From positions 62,818,464-62,882,463 of the forward strand of contig NC_043011.1 in the NCBI RefSeq assembly GCF_006345805.1: DNA of 64,000 nt, given 5' to 3'. Below, piece by piece: positions 26,797 through 41,927 of the stretch (the stretch's first letter is position 1; each line of letters begins with the position of its first letter). The notes under the pieces are model-generated. The model had not been told where the DNA came from. It saw only the letters and a program-made list of their open reading frames with translations, and did not search any database. Source of the stretch: Octopus sinensis (taxonomy: Eukaryota). Position numbers and translations under genes: made by a program.

Positions 26797-27160
26797 AGTC
26801 TTTAAGTGAGCGAATGTAGAGTAGAGTTCAAGGTCTATCATTGTCCAGCGGCATTACACAGCGTGCTTTGGCTTCGTTACAAAGGCGACGGTCCGGATAC
26901 TTACTGATCAGACCTCTTCCGTGCTTTCATAGGAACTGACACACATGCATAAATGTGTATATATATATATATAAATACGTTTATATATATATATATATAC
27001 ACATTTATGCATGTTTGTCAGTTCCTATGAAAGCACGGAAGAGGTCTGATCAGTAAGTATCCGGACCGTCGCCTTTGTAACGAAGCCAAAGCACGCTGTG
27101 TAATGCCGCTGGACAATGATAGACCTTGAACTCTACTCTACATTCGCTCACTTAAAGACT
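26797..27160. repeat. ~364 bp palindrome centred on a TA tract; arms are mariner-left-end-like
   Basis: agtctttaagtgag..ctcacttaaagact; each arm is a diverged homologue of ~24575-24725. Confidence 0.9.
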
Positions 27161-27312
27161 AATTTCTTTCCTTCTCCTCCTTTTTCTATATGCTACCTTT
27201 GACACTATATCTACTAACGTTTTTATTTTGAATAAAAATTAATAGGGTTCCCTTCATCATTATACGCAGTCATAACATTCTGTTCAAATGTCTTATTGAT
27301 ATGTTTGGTTAA

Positions 27313-27408
27313 TTTATTTCCCTGATGAGAAGATTGTATTGTTTTACACCATTATATTCCTTCTGGAATAATACCAATGTTGTCTTCGAAACATATGTCG
27401 GAAGTAAA
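27313..27408 (+). ncRNA. Type I hammerhead motif (right arm)
   Basis: tttatttcc CTGATGA gaaga..tcttc GAAA CATATG TC ggaagtaaa: 9-bp stem I with one G-U, 5-bp stem II base, palindromic stem III, GUC site at 27399. Confidence 0.8.
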
Positions 27409-27434
27409 ATAATTTGAATAACACCTGCGTTTAA

Positions 27435-27471
<37 letters not shown>

Positions 27472-27472
27472 G

Positions 27473-27530
<58 letters not shown>

Positions 27531-27533
27531 CAT

Positions 27534-27600
<67 letters not shown>

Positions 27601-28057
27601 CATACGTGTATTTGTGTGTATGTGTACGATGAGTGTCTATGACTGTCTCTTGGCAAACAGTACTTGAAGTAGATTGTGAATATGCTCCGGAATAATCAGT
27701 GAAATATGTTTTTGTTACATGTTTTCATTGCTTTTGATGAAATAAGTCGCAATAATTATGAACCAACCCAATAGGTTGATTATTTACATTCGACATGTCG
27801 TTCATATTTTAATAGAAATTGAACTGCGATCGATTCAAATGCTATTCAGTAAATACGTCAACGGTAAGTAGAGAGCAGTAACACTTATTACAAATTCCAG
27901 AATATTACAAGTGGTGAGTGAAACGCAGAGCGTATTGATGTTATTGTGGATTTATATAGACAACAGATATATATTTCTATGGAAAGGCACCCGTGAATCA
28001 TTACATAACTGTAAATGAGTTATAAAACTATATACAAGCGCCTGTGCGTGTGTGTAT

Positions 28058-28119
<62 letters not shown>

Positions 28120-28179
28120 GTATATATGTATATATATATATATAAATATATATATATGTATATGTATATATAATATGTG

Positions 28180-28210
<31 letters not shown>

Positions 28211-28238
28211 GTATATATGTATGTATATATATATATTA

Positions 28239-28323
<85 letters not shown>

Positions 28324-28832
28324 ACTATAGCGTACGTATTTATACACAAAAGATGCGACTTTTACAGGATACTCAACACAGTATATATGTGTGTGTGTGT
28401 TTCTCTAGACATGTATAACAACTCTTAGACGGGACGTGCACGCATAACTATATACACGTATATACACACACGTGCAGAATCTAGCAGGTGTACGTACACA
28501 CACAGGAACACAAACACGCACGCACACACATACACACACACACCAACACTCACACACCTACGCACGCGCACTGACGTACACACAGTTATCTGATATATTC
28601 GGGAAGTTGTGTGATATTAATATTAAAATAACGATAGCCAGGTTATCTAAGAATCTAACAAAGAAATGGATCCAAATGTAAATTGGAACTGGAATTGATA
28701 ATTCTTTTCACCAAACACTTATTTCCTGTATCATGGTTTCATGGAGCGCACCGGTCTTATTGGATCTTATCGGAAAAAGCAAAATAAAGTACCTCAACAA
28801 AAGCATACCCCACACAACGACAGAGATACGTG

Positions 28833-28896
<64 letters not shown>

Positions 28897-28992
28897 GTAT
28901 GTATGTATATAATATATATATATGTATATGTATTATATATGTATATGTATATGTATATACATTTATATATATATATATATATACATATACTA

Positions 28993-29024
<32 letters not shown>

Positions 29025-30331
29025 CATACGCATATATATATGTGAATATATATATATATATAACTATGTATTTCGCTCTCATGTATCTTTTCATCGCTCT
29101 GTTTATCTCTGTCTCTCTCTCTATCTATCCACCTATATATATATGTGTGTGTGTATACTTGCATACTTGTATATTCATATACATAAAACACACACACACA
29201 CACACAGATATATATATATACACACTAGCAATGAAAGCTATATATTTATGTGCCTACCACATATATACATGTAGCGTTTATATTGTGCTAACATTCATCG
29301 CTCTAAAAGCAATGGCTCTCTCTTAATATCACGGCTCTGTAATTGAGTGCGGGCCAATAATCGGCGAATACATTAATATTCCGTTATAGATAGCTGGCAT
29401 TAATAAACAGCTGTTACATAATGGTATCGATTACAGGAAATATTATTCCACACACAGCATGAATGAATATGAAGGACCAAACAAATAAACAGGAATATAA
29501 TCATAATAATAAACTAAATAAATAAGAAATACATACAATCATCAAACAATCTCTAATATATATTAGATTCTAACTCAAGGCCGAACCTTCTCCACCATGA
29601 ATCTTCGACGGCCAGACTTGGCTTTTATCGGCAAAGATGGAGATAATTTTGTTTAAGAAGAGGAGAGAAGTGATGGAGAAGACGCCATGACTCTGCTCGA
29701 TACTGTTCAGACAGGCCAATGTGGGAAAGGATGCGAAAGTTAATGAAATAACTGGCGCATTGATTGTTTTGCAAGTGGATATTCTGCCCATATCGATCTT
29801 CAAAGGCTGCTATAAAATCAGCTTTCTTGTTTACATCACAGCATGCTTACGTGTATGTATGCATGTGCGTATGTATGTATGTATGTATGTATGTATGTAT
29901 GTATGTATGTATGTATGTATGTATGTCTCCCTCTATATATATATGTATGCATGCGTGTATGTATGTATGCATGTATACATGTGTATATGTATGAATGTAT
30001 GTATGTGTATATATATATATGTATGCATATATATATTTGTGTGTATGCATGTGTGTGTTTGTATTTATGTAGGTGTATATATGTGTATGTGTATGTGTAC
30101 ATGTATATATATATATATATATGTACCAATGTTATATATATATATATATGTACCAGTGTATATATGTATGTGTATGAGTACGTATGTATGTATCGTTAAT
30201 GAATAGTAATGTATCTATGCTTGTATGAATGGATGTTCTCCAATTTCGAGTTAAATTATTTCTCTGCGAATGGAACAGTCTTCTGACAAATGTACGAGGC
30301 TTCCGTGATGGAAAATAAGGATGTACGTATG

Positions 30332-30363
<32 letters not shown>

Positions 30364-30511
30364 TATACATATCTGTGTGTATGTTGTATATATGTGTATG
30401 TGTGTATAATTATATATACATAGTAACACACTCACAGACACGCAAACTCAAGACGTGTATGGGTCTATCTTAATATGAAACTATGATAGCCAACGAAAAT
30501 GCATATATATG

Positions 30512-30575
<64 letters not shown>

Positions 30576-30645
30576 TATATATATATTATATATATATGTA
30601 TGTGTATATATGTATGTATGTATATTATATATATATATATATCTA

Positions 30646-30680
<35 letters not shown>

Positions 30681-30694
30681 ATATATGATTGATT

Positions 30695-30740
30695 CCAGTT
30701 TCAGCTCATGAGACTGTGGCCATGCTGGGGCACCGCCATA
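30695..30740 (-). mobile_element. Short 3' tail fragment shared by LINE family A and the SINE
   Basis: gtttcagctc..tgtggccatgctggggcaccgcc. Confidence 0.65.
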
Positions 30741-32154
30741 TATATATTTATATATATATAAATAAATACGGATAAGATCTAGAATTATCCAGTAATTTTT
30801 TACTAGTTTCATCTTTTCATTTTGTTCTCTCTCCATGTTGATATATGGATAATTTAAGTGCTTTTAGAGTCTGATCATGGCTGCTATTTTCAACATGGTG
30901 GTATCTCGTAGATCCCCTAATATATAATTTATATATATATACATGAAAAAAGTTTGAAAATGCTAAGGTCGTTTAGAGATATTTATTGATTTGACCGGTT
31001 TCACTACTTTATGACGCCTACGAGACTGCATATTTGACACTTATAGACGCACACGCACTTCCTCACACGTACATGCATGCACCCTGTTACACATACAAGC
31101 GATTGTGCGTGCAAGCACAAACACAGACACACAAGGATGTATATCTAAACGCCCAGCTAATATACGCATCTATTGCACAATAATTGCGTGAATATATCAA
31201 TTTTGGAAATGCATGAGATGCATATATGAAACAAATAGATTTTTCTTTTATCTAAAGGAAAATTCACAGATGCATATATATATAGAGACATATATACATA
31301 TATACGTACGTACGTTCGTACGTATGTGTGTGAATACTGCATAAATGCCGATCTTGAGAAATTAAGTTTCTGAAAATCTGAAAGAAGAAAGTTGATTCGA
31401 AGACTACACTGGAACTGTAAAAAATCTGCAAAAGTTTCCAGATGTTTATCATTTACCAATATATATGAGTTTCTCTAGATGTGCAAATATATGCATGAGA
31501 ATACATGCATAAAACATACAAATCTGCACATGCATACATACATACAAAAATAAATACCTTGTTGTTGATGTTAAAATTCCAATGGGGGAGACATTGGATG
31601 AAGGTTAGAAACCAGTTCTTGCTTTATTGGTAAGAAATCTCAAAATAAATTGAATAATGACATGTATACATATATTCATAGATATCATGACCTATGTTTA
31701 GAAGAATCTATAGGATATTTACATCCAAGGTATGTAATAAAGTGTAGACAGGTGCAAGCACTGAGATGCTTGCACGTGAGAGAATTTACATTTGCCAAAT
31801 CTAAATGTGTTATTATCATTTAAACTATAAAAGGATTTGAAATGAAGGACTGAAAACGATTATCCAATAAGAACTTGAAATAGGGATTGCTCGTATTTGA
31901 TTTAACGTACATCGCTCAATTATAAAAAGCAGAATTTATATAAGAAAATCGTTCAACGACCATCGCGAGAGATATCGAGTTAAGACGCTGATGTGACTGC
32001 ACCGTTTAACGGTAGGGTTTCAAATGTAACGATTAATAATCCGGGCAACTGAAACGCGCGTCTGTCTTAAAAAAAACGTTATATAATTATAGAATTAAAG
32101 GCAATGCTAGTGCTACTTTGGAATAATCCATATTTTTAATATTGTCAAGAAAAT

Positions 32155-33278
32155 GGGTTGGCAAAAAATTTCCAGCGGTTTTTTTAAATCTTGGAATTTA
32201 TTGCGTTTTTAAATGTTGGAATGTATTTTTTTCGAGAATTCTATGTTTGAATCATTTTGGAATCTATTTATATTATTTTTGCTAATTAATTTTAGTTAAT
32301 TTTTGTTTATTTTCAGATCATTAAAATTTCAGAAAAAAAGTTCAGAAAAAACAGCGTTTTCGACACCTCCTTCTTTTTCCTTTTTATCAAGGTTCTAAGG
32401 CCGCAAAAGCTTCTCGCGACATTTGTGCTGTGTATGGAGAGGGTACCATAGCTGAAATATATGCTCGTGATTGGTATGCCAAGTTCAAAAATGAAAATCT
32501 TGACCTCAAAGACGCACCTCGTTCTCGCCGTCCAGCTCCATGAAGAGCGTTTAAACCAACTTTTTCACGAAAATTCTCGTCAAAAGACAAAGGAACTGGC
32601 AGAGAAAATGGAATGCTCGCATACAGCTACAGAGAAGCATCTCCACTCGATGGGAAAGTTTCAGAAGTATGGAGCATGGGTTCCGCATGCTTTAAGTAAC
32701 AACAACAAAAATCAACGAGCCACAATCTCCGCTGGTTTGTTTGGTCGTCACCGCTCAACTCATGGACACAAGCAACGATTTATTTACCGAATCGTTACTG
32801 GCGACAAAAGATGGTGCCTGTACATCAACATGAAGCAGTGGCTTAGCCCCGGTAAACAAGCGAAACCGCGCATGAAACAAGATCCTCATCCGCATAAAAC
32901 GATGTTGTGCGTATGGTAGGACTGGAAAGGGATTATCCATTGCGAATTGCTTGAACGGAACAAAACGGTTAACGGTGAACTCTGTGTTCAACAGATGGAA
33001 AGACTCAAAACGGCTATTGAAGAGAAAAGACCTAATCATCAGCATAGAGTTCTTTTGCTGCACGAAAACGCCCGCCCTCAAATCGCCAATATTAAAAAGG
33101 AAAGCCATTCAAACGCATGGCTGGGAAGTACTGCCACACCAGATTTGTCACCAGCGAATATCCACCTCTTTAGATCTCTTTAACGTGCTATGCGCGGAGT
33201 TACGTTCAATACTGGTGCAGATGAGAGCTTGGTTGGATCACTTTTTCGCGTCAAAATCGGGTGATTTCTACCAATGAG
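32155..33278 (+). mobile_element. Degenerate mariner transposon (transposase pseudogene)
   Basis: Left TIR-like gggttggcaaaaaatttcc; WYAKFKN, WVPHAL, IVTGDKRW, KTMLCVW, LLLHENARP and SPANIHLFRSL motifs across frameshifts and stops. Confidence 0.9.
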
Positions 33279-33581
33279 GAGCACAGCTGAGTGAAAGACC
33301 AACAAAATTCCTTCTAATACCAAAGACGAACTGAAGGCAAGGATTATGGCATTATTCGTCAACTTAAACAAGGAGATCGTTCCAAAAGAGTTGCAGGAGA
33401 TTCCGATGTCGTCTGCAGGATCTTGTTGGAGCCAATGACGATTTTATCATTTAAATTTATTCTTTAGTATTTGAAGATGTATTTATATAATTTTGGTAAA
33501 TATATCTGCTAAAATGAGATGTCAGTGTTATTTTCATTTTTGTATAATTTAGACGAGAGTTTATTCAGTGCACCCTGTATA
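33279..33581 (+). mobile_element. 3' end of a Tc1/maT-like transposon with right terminus
   Basis: NTKDELKARIMA..NLNKE C-terminal motif; ends caccctgta-TA. Confidence 0.65.
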
Positions 33582-36500
33582 TAAACGTTGATTTATATAT
33601 ATAGGCTAATCGTTAAACCAATGATTTGAATCTAAACATTCGTGATAAAATAAATTTCAATTTGAATGCAGATAGATATGTGATGTTCAAAAATATGTTG
33701 TTTCAAATTCGATATAACATAAAAAGATAAATAGATACTTCGAATATACTAGTTATTTCTGTAAAACCGCCAAAATGAAAGGGATAGGGAGAGGAAAAGA
33801 TTAGTCTGTGGAAAGCATATTCGAACATGCTCCAATATTATACATTTTTCTTATACGCACTGGGTATGTATAAATGAATATTCTCCTTTATATACATTCT
33901 CATTTTACAATTGTTTGTTAGTTAACTTTTCTATTACTGTTGAAAATTACAGACGTCTGTGGCCATATTTTGCAGAAAGAAATATTGTTGTTATATCTAT
34001 TACAGACAATTTTAGAGTAGGCTGCTTTGATAATACGCTTATCTCCTACAGCACATTTCCCTACTCAGCATGTAGAAAATAAAGAAACTAGAAAAGCATA
34101 ACAATAACAAATGAATAAGAAATCGAAACAACCTTAAAATAAAATAGCCATAAAATAGCCGAATATTTAAAAGGATCCATCTGTTCCATATATTTATGAG
34201 ATCGTTCAGATAATAAACAATTGATATATTACATCCGTTTGCATTAGAGATTCAGATAAATGCTTTTACTAACGCAGGGGATCTGATTATTTACAATATA
34301 TTGAATAACGGCTGTTCAACATTTACTTTCAAAAACGCATATCTATTCGTCCATGTTTTATCATTGCATCAATAAATCTTTAAATTGGAACAAAGACTAT
34401 GTAGGAATGTATTTACAAAATGCTAATTTGCGCTAATTGTAGACGAAGGACGACCCTAATTGAACAGAGTTAATACATAATATTCTTGTGTTTACGCAGA
34501 GATATTTTGGCGCCACCTATTTGGTGATTTGGTGCTAAATTATTTGACATCAGACGTTTAAATTTTTCCCTCGTTTCCCCTCTACCCTCTTTCTGGTTAT
34601 GAATACGAGCATCTACCTAGGTTTATATGGTATATGTAGCGGCTTTCTATCCCTCTATCTTTCCCTTTCTCTCCTCTTTACTCTCTTCCTCTCTCTCATT
34701 CTATCTCTCTGTTCGCGTGTTCGTGTGTTCGTGTGTTGGCTTTCATCGTCAAACACGGTGCTGCCAAAACAATTTCAGATGACACATAACCATGATACAG
34801 CAATGATAAAATAATACAATATGTTACGCTAATCCAGAGATTCTGAACATATTTAATTCTAAATTTCTTTCACAAGGTGTGAAATATTTCACAGGGAAAC
34901 TTTATAATCTGCTCTTGACTCAGTTTTATTGGTTGCGAAGTTACTGCGTCAGTGAACAAGTCGGCACCTTACGAAATAGGGGTAAATTTTAAAGGGATTG
35001 AAGTGCTTTGTGTGTGTTTTTCAATAGTTTCTCCACATCATTGGTGTTTCAGTTGAAACGTATTGTACCAAACGAAATTATTCGCCAGACTCGCATCGCT
35101 TCGAACAACATTGCATTGTAGCTATTGTTAGGAATTTTCTATAAAACTGTATTTTTCTTATTTAGAGTTTGGATTTTGTTTGCAAAATTCATGGTGCAAC
35201 CTTCTGAGTGAAACACATTTTGTTTTAAATTAGGAGAGACATGATGCTAATGATAATCACACACTAGTTCATTTTCACTTATCGTTAGTCTATAGATCAA
35301 TATTTAACCCGTTAGCACATCAAATACCGCGTTAATAATTTAGTCAATCAGCTAATCAGCTACGTTTGTTAACTTCCTTCCGTCGCCATTCGCGACCTCA
35401 TCAGTGATATGTCTTCTCTGCCCTAAGTTGAAAGATGCCTGGATTACAGAAGTCATGTCGTTGGTAAGACCGTGAATAAAAATGAAAGAGCTTGAGAATC
35501 TTAGTTGATTGATGGAAAGATAATTAATTAAACAATCGATGAGTTAATTGGTTAAACATTCTGATATGCCATCCACGTATTAAAATGTAGGTCATTTAAA
35601 AGCGGAAACCATTTCGAAGCATTAAAATCCGTTTCATTTTCAAAGAAATAATTACAGAAATGTCCAAACCGCCAGCCCTCTGTATATGTTTTAAATAACC
35701 AATATCATTTGGAAATCTAATTATAAAACGAAAAGTTTTGAATGGTGCTATAATACAGACAATGGGCTAATACCCAATGCTTCAAGCGAACTACAATACT
35801 CTTCCTAGTTATAAAGATAGAAGTTGTTAAATCGATAGTTTGTTTTTTGTTACTTTGAACAAATAACTATATCTCCTTTGGTTACTTATTTCAAAGGCCA
35901 AGCGTTATATCATAAAATATACAACAAAGATTGAAAGATTGAAAGGAAGTTGACAGTACAATCATATTACAGAAACTTTGGGACACGACGAAGGGATTAT
36001 GTAAACCGTGTCAATACCACAACACGGTCCACATTAGATGATATTCAACTTAGAAAAGCTTAGATAACAAAACATACAATGGTATCTTCGAAATATTTTA
36101 GGTGGTTACTTGTCCTGCTAAAAATATCAGCCAAAGTGTTCGCTCAACCAACAGTCTGTCGTTTTCAATAGGGGATATATATATATGATGAATAATGTAA
36201 TCCTTATCCTGTTGAAAGGGCTCCCTGCATCGATAGTCTGCCGGATACAGTTCGGTAAGTGGTCAACAACTGCAGCAACAATGAAAGTTTGCGAAAACAA
36301 AATTCGTCGACAGCAAAACAAGCGTAACTGCTGGTTTACATTTGATTTGCGCATGAATGAAAACTGAAAGCAATGGGGTTTAGATTTGATGTTCTGACTG
36401 CAATATCCCCAATGACATATACTGACTCCATTCAAGCTGAACAGGATGCCAATACCTGACTGTTTTACTTGCAAGAAACCGCAGCTGGATCTCCCTCAAA

Positions 36501-36902
36501 TTACATGCCGGATATACAATAAAACAGAATATGCATGATCGAAACGTGTTTTTTATTGGTGTTTTCTATTCAATATACCTGTGTTAATATACAAAATCAT
36601 GAAACACCATTTGAAACTATTAAGACTACACTAAAGCAAAGCTTTATTCCAGTCCTGTGCATGAATTTATATATTGTAGTTGTTGGATATTTCCAGCGCT
36701 GTAGTCATTTATTTTTATCAGAAGTTGCTTCACTTCCAAAAATTTCTATTTCTGAAGGGCAGCCACCGTGAAGGATCTCGTAAAATATTTCGTACATTCT
36801 CAGGGCGTAACGAAGCTGATTCAGTGATATGAAGATATATATTCTCTCTTTCTGTTCACTGGAGGCAGTTATATAATGGCAGAGAGATAGACATAGTGAT
36901 AT

Positions 36903-36944
<42 letters not shown>

Positions 36945-37339
36945 TGTGTGTGTATGAGTGACTGTGTGTGTGAGTACAGAAGGGGAGTAAAACTTTTCTT
37001 GTTTTATGTTGAGAAATTCTTATCGGAGAATGAAATGTGGAAAGAGAGAAGAGCATACACACACATATACACTCACACACATATAAGGAGCGGAAGTGAG
37101 TGGGGAAAAGAGGGAGAAAGAGATAAAAAAGAGAATTGACGCAGGCAATCGATTCGTACTTTATTCATCAATTTCAAAATATGAAAGGCGGATTTGACAT
37201 CAGCTGGATTTGAACGTACAGGATGGTGACCCCGAACAAGTATCAAAAGTCACTCTATCCGGCATTCTAACTTCTACGTCTACTTAAGAATATAATGATG
37301 ATTTCAAATTTGCCACAATGGCAGCCATTTTCGAGGGAC

Positions 37340-37510
37340 GTTCTACGTCTATTACATTTACTCCAATGTTTCACTGGCACTTAATTTATTGACCTCGAAA
37401 TGATGAAAGACAAAGTCGACCTTCCCGGAATTTGAACTCAGAACGTAGCGGCAGCGACATACCGCTAAGCATTTCGTCCAGCGCGCTAACAATTCGGTCA
37501 GCTCGTTGCC
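37340..37510 (-). mobile_element. Nin/Deu-like SINE
   Basis: gatgaaagacaaagtcgacc..gaatttgaactcagaacgtag. Confidence 0.7.
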
Positions 37511-38155
37511 TTATTTAGATATATAATAATGCGTTGCTGTATATACTGATAAATGTAAACATTACATAGAAATATCCAGAACACGAAGAAAACCATGAGG
37601 AGCAGTGGCGTTAACAATGGGAAACCAATCCAACAAACGTGGTGTGTTTAACAGAACTAGCTTGCTATCAGGAAGACAAACTATTCATGTTTCAACCATT
37701 AATCCTTCTATGAATAGCAGAGACGCATTTCCGAAATTCCAAACGTTTTGTAATCGATTGTATATGAGATTAAAACTAACAGGATATTAGGAAGAGAGTG
37801 CACAAGGCCTCATCTAGTGTGATCAAACTAGGAACCTCAAGAAGGAAAAGCACATTTCTTAACTACAAACCTCTCCATTGTATTGCGGAAATGACCCGAT
37901 GATATCTAGACAGGAGCTGCGATAATGAGAGTGTTATGATAATAAAGACATTTAATCAAATATACAGGATTGTTTAGACAAACAAACGCAATAAATCTTA
38001 ATGCTGTTAATCAATGAAGGATAATATTCTTGCAGTCGATGAAAGATTATATATTTGGGATACATTGCAGACATTATGATTGGAACTAGATAATAAATGT
38101 CGCACTCATATGCATAAACATCAATTCATGAATACATACATAATCACGTACATAG

Positions 38156-38200
<45 letters not shown>

Positions 38201-38388
38201 TTATAGATATGTGTGTGTAAAGAAAAAGAGAGGGAGAGAGATACAAACATACATATGCATACTTATATAGATATATATATGCATATAAATAAATAAATAT
38301 ATATATATATACATGTATACATATATATGTGTATATATATATATATGTACGTATATAAACACACATATATACATGCATACACACACAA

Positions 38389-38427
<39 letters not shown>

Positions 38428-39479
38428 AAGAAGAAAGAGAGAGGGATAGAGAGGAGAGAGAGAGTGAAGGGATGGATAGTGAATCCGATATAGAAAGAGA
38501 ACGAAAATAGAAGGCAGTAGACTTATGTGAAGGCAGAAGGCATTCTGGGAGAATTAGAATCGAATAGTGAATAGAAGGAAGCGGGAAGAAAAGACAGGGC
38601 AGAGACAAATGAAAGAAAACAGGGAGAAGTAAATAAAAGGGGAGAGTGAGGAGGAGAGAGAGAGACAGAGAGAGAGTTCCAGTTTATTGCCAGGATGTAT
38701 ATCAGGAGCCAGGCTGCAAGTATAGATTCATAAATAAGTACATAATTAAATATGTGTGTTAACTTAAAATACTGATTTTCATAATACAAAACCTGATGGC
38801 TATTGGTACACCCTCAGTTTTGTTTGTAGATACTATGTAAAGGTTACACACAGCGGCAGAGATTGATTTTTAATTTTTTCCATTCGGTTTTTATCAGATT
38901 GCTTTGTAATAGAATTACTTTATTACGTAAATGATGCCAAATTATAGCAACAAACTAATTTAATAACATGTGAAACATTTTCAACTTTAAGAAACATTGA
39001 TGGCAGCGTCAGCAAAAGTTACATAAATGCATCCTCCACTCTACTCCCTTGAAATAAAACACTTAGAAATGCATGCCCCAGCTTCCTCAAATACAGATTA
39101 TGGAAATTTTATTTATGTACAATAACAATGGATCCGATCCTGAGTGTTCAGTCGATCGATCCAAAAAGATCCTTGCTTTTCCGCATAATGTTCCTGCTCG
39201 CTGGGCATTCGTCAAACACACGTGCTCTCGATGCAATTGACCAGCGAAATCAGCATATCGCAGTGGGTGAGAAGGCTTCTCTTTTGAATTAAGAATTCAT
39301 TCCATCAAAGAGGCTTCTACACAGTTTCTGCTCACCTAATTCCGTTGTCCTGAGGATTTAAAAAAGTATTCTTTCTCATTATGTTACGCCTTGTAACTGA
39401 AAGGTAACATTTAAAAAAATGCTCTTGTTAACGATTCTGCCATATTGCACCTATTAAAATTTTGACACAAAATTTGGCA

Positions 39480-39600
39480 GAGGGAATAAGTCAGTTGCAT
39501 CGATCCAGTGCTCAATTGGTGCTAATTTATATCAGCCCCGAAGTGATGAAAGTTAAGGTTGACCTTGGTGGAATTTGAACTCAGAACGTAAGGACGAAAT
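39480..39600 (-). mobile_element. Decayed Nin/Deu-like SINE
   Basis: ccccgaagtgatgaaag..ggaatttgaactcagaacgta. Confidence 0.6.
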
Positions 39601-40700
39601 ATTGTTACCACTAAGTAATAATTTACTATCTTTTGTTCTAAAAGTTTTAATGCAGCAATAATTTTCTATTTATCCTCTTCAGTGTGAGGAGATCTGAAAG
39701 ATTGAGAACCACAAATTTCTACTTAATACTATATTTTATTTTTAAAGTTCCTCTCTCCCCAAATCATAAGATATCATATCATACCATATGATATCACATC
39801 AACAAAAACCAAACCCTCATTTTGCAATCTAACAGTGTAATTAAGACCAAATAATTGGATTTTAACTATCAAATTTATTGAACATGATTTGATGCGATAT
39901 CATATTAAAAATAGATTAGATTCTTCCCTCTTTTTGGTTTGAAATAAAGTTCCATTTTCTTGGAGATTCGGTTTTCAATGAATCTAAAGCTATTTTTACT
40001 GTTAGCATTTTTATAGCATCCAAGCTATATCTTTATTTTAGATTAATATGGCTTCAAAACTGTAATAAATCTCAATATCTTTCAAGGATAAGTATCTTTG
40101 GCTAAGAGGCAAAAATGTATTGTCGTCAATAATTTATGCCAGTCTCTTTTTATTATCGTGTCTGGTCAGTGAGTTCATTATTTTGCTACATAATCTATTC
40201 CCAAAATATCATGGGAACAAACTTCAAACATAACTAACGTCAACAAGCATTAATATCAACAGCACTGACAGCTTATTAATATGCTAGTATCGTGCCCTTT
40301 AATACTCGGTTGAAGTATAACGAAGGTCACGTAGATTTCAAAATTTTCATGCGTGGATATGAAAAGATATTTGCGATTAAACATAGACAAAATATAAAAC
40401 AGATGATGAGGTACAGAATATAAAAACAGCAATAAACATTAATAAACATCATGGAGAAAAAACTAAAATGTTCTGGATACATAAATAAAATGAAAATATA
40501 AATGGTCTCTATCACACTTAATGCAGGTAAAATGAAAATTAAACGAGAATTGGGGGAAAGCATGGGGGTTGGGTTAGTCGATTATCTCCAGTGTTTGACT
40601 AGAAATTATTGAATGGCAATATCGGCCACCGTGGATTTTGAACTCAGAACATAAAACTGCAAAATGCTGCCCAACAATTTATTGAGCGTGTTAACGATTC

Positions 40701-41100
40701 TTATTTCTTTATTGCTCACAAGGGGCTAAACATAGAGGGGACAAACAAAGATATTAAGTCGATTACATCGACCCCAGTGCGTAACTGGTATTTAATTTAT
40801 CGACCCCGAAAGAATGAAAGGCAAAGTCTATCTAGGCGGAATTTGAACTCAGAACGTAACGGCAGACGAAATACCTTTTTCCTTACTACCCACAAGGGGC
40901 TAAACTCAGAGAGGACAAACAAGGACAGACAAACGGATTAAGTCGATTATATCGACCCCAGTGCGTTACTGGTACTTATCTAATCGACCCCGAAAGGATG
41001 AAAGGCAAAGTCGATCTCGGCGGAATTTGAACTAAGAACGTAACGGCAGACGAAATACCGCTAAGCACTTCACCTGGCGTGTTAACGGTTCTGCCAGTTC
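40701..41100 (-). mobile_element. Head-to-tail tandem of two Nin/Deu-like SINEs
   Basis: Units 40701-40875 and 40876-41100 both contain cacaaggggctaaac..tcgaccccgaaag..gaatttgaact..acggcagacgaaatacc. Confidence 0.85.
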
Positions 41101-41887
41101 GCTGCTTTACGTGGAAGGCAAATATCAACAATTAGACAGGATAAAATATATTGAAACTAGGGGAACAGCAAAATGAAATAGCAAAATAGTTTTCAATGTT
41201 ATTCAATTTGCTAACTGTGGACAATATCCGAAGACGATTATACGTAGTGGAATAATGGAATCATGTGACACACATCTTAATCCTAGTCGTATGTATTGCA
41301 GAAACACTCCTGCTATAAACTGAAAAATGTTCGGGCCTCCTCTACAGTGTAAAAATGATTATATAATTTCTCTTTCTAGTCTGGTCACGGCCTGTCTTTA
41401 TAAGAAATGTAAGTGTAAAGTGAGTGATGTAGTCTTCCATATGGAAAATACAGGATGACGCAATAATCGGGGTCCTGTTACTCAGAATTGCTCCGAGGTA
41501 CAAAACATAAGCGGTTATCATGGCGCTTGTATTTACGAAATGGCTATACACTGCAACAACTCAGCATACAAGAAAAGTCAGCTAAATTTGGATTAGATCT
41601 TAATCAAGTTCTTTTAAATATGTAGATTCTGATATACAAATAGAAATATTTTTCAGCATAGGGAAGATGTTTTAGATCAGAAGTCTAGTTTGTAGAACGG
41701 CTAAATCAATCACACAACGCATTCTTTCTTAGCGTTTCCATAATATATGGGAAATCTAATCGGCAGCCACCTGAGGTTTGATTTCTCTAGCAACGGAATT
41801 CGATTTCGCCAGAAGCAAATTATTCTACACGGAAGATACTAGTCCTTCCGTTATCTTGCCTACTCAAGAAGTCAATGCAGTTATATA

Positions 41888-41927
<40 letters not shown>

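Larger units (their letters stand above)
25404..27439. repeat. ~280 bp near-identical inverted repeat pair (25404-25685 / 27158-27439)
   Basis: Arms are reverse complements with about two visible differences; both outer ends abut (TA)n. Confidence 0.95.

Noticed and set aside
29570-29820. Complex, coding-looking island
   Set aside because: Frames are short or end in stops without convincing splice sites, and no family motif was recognised
35370-35408. Minus-strand CTGATGA with a gtcgc/gcgac hairpin
   Set aside because: Followed by GAAG rather than GAAA, with no stem III or stem I
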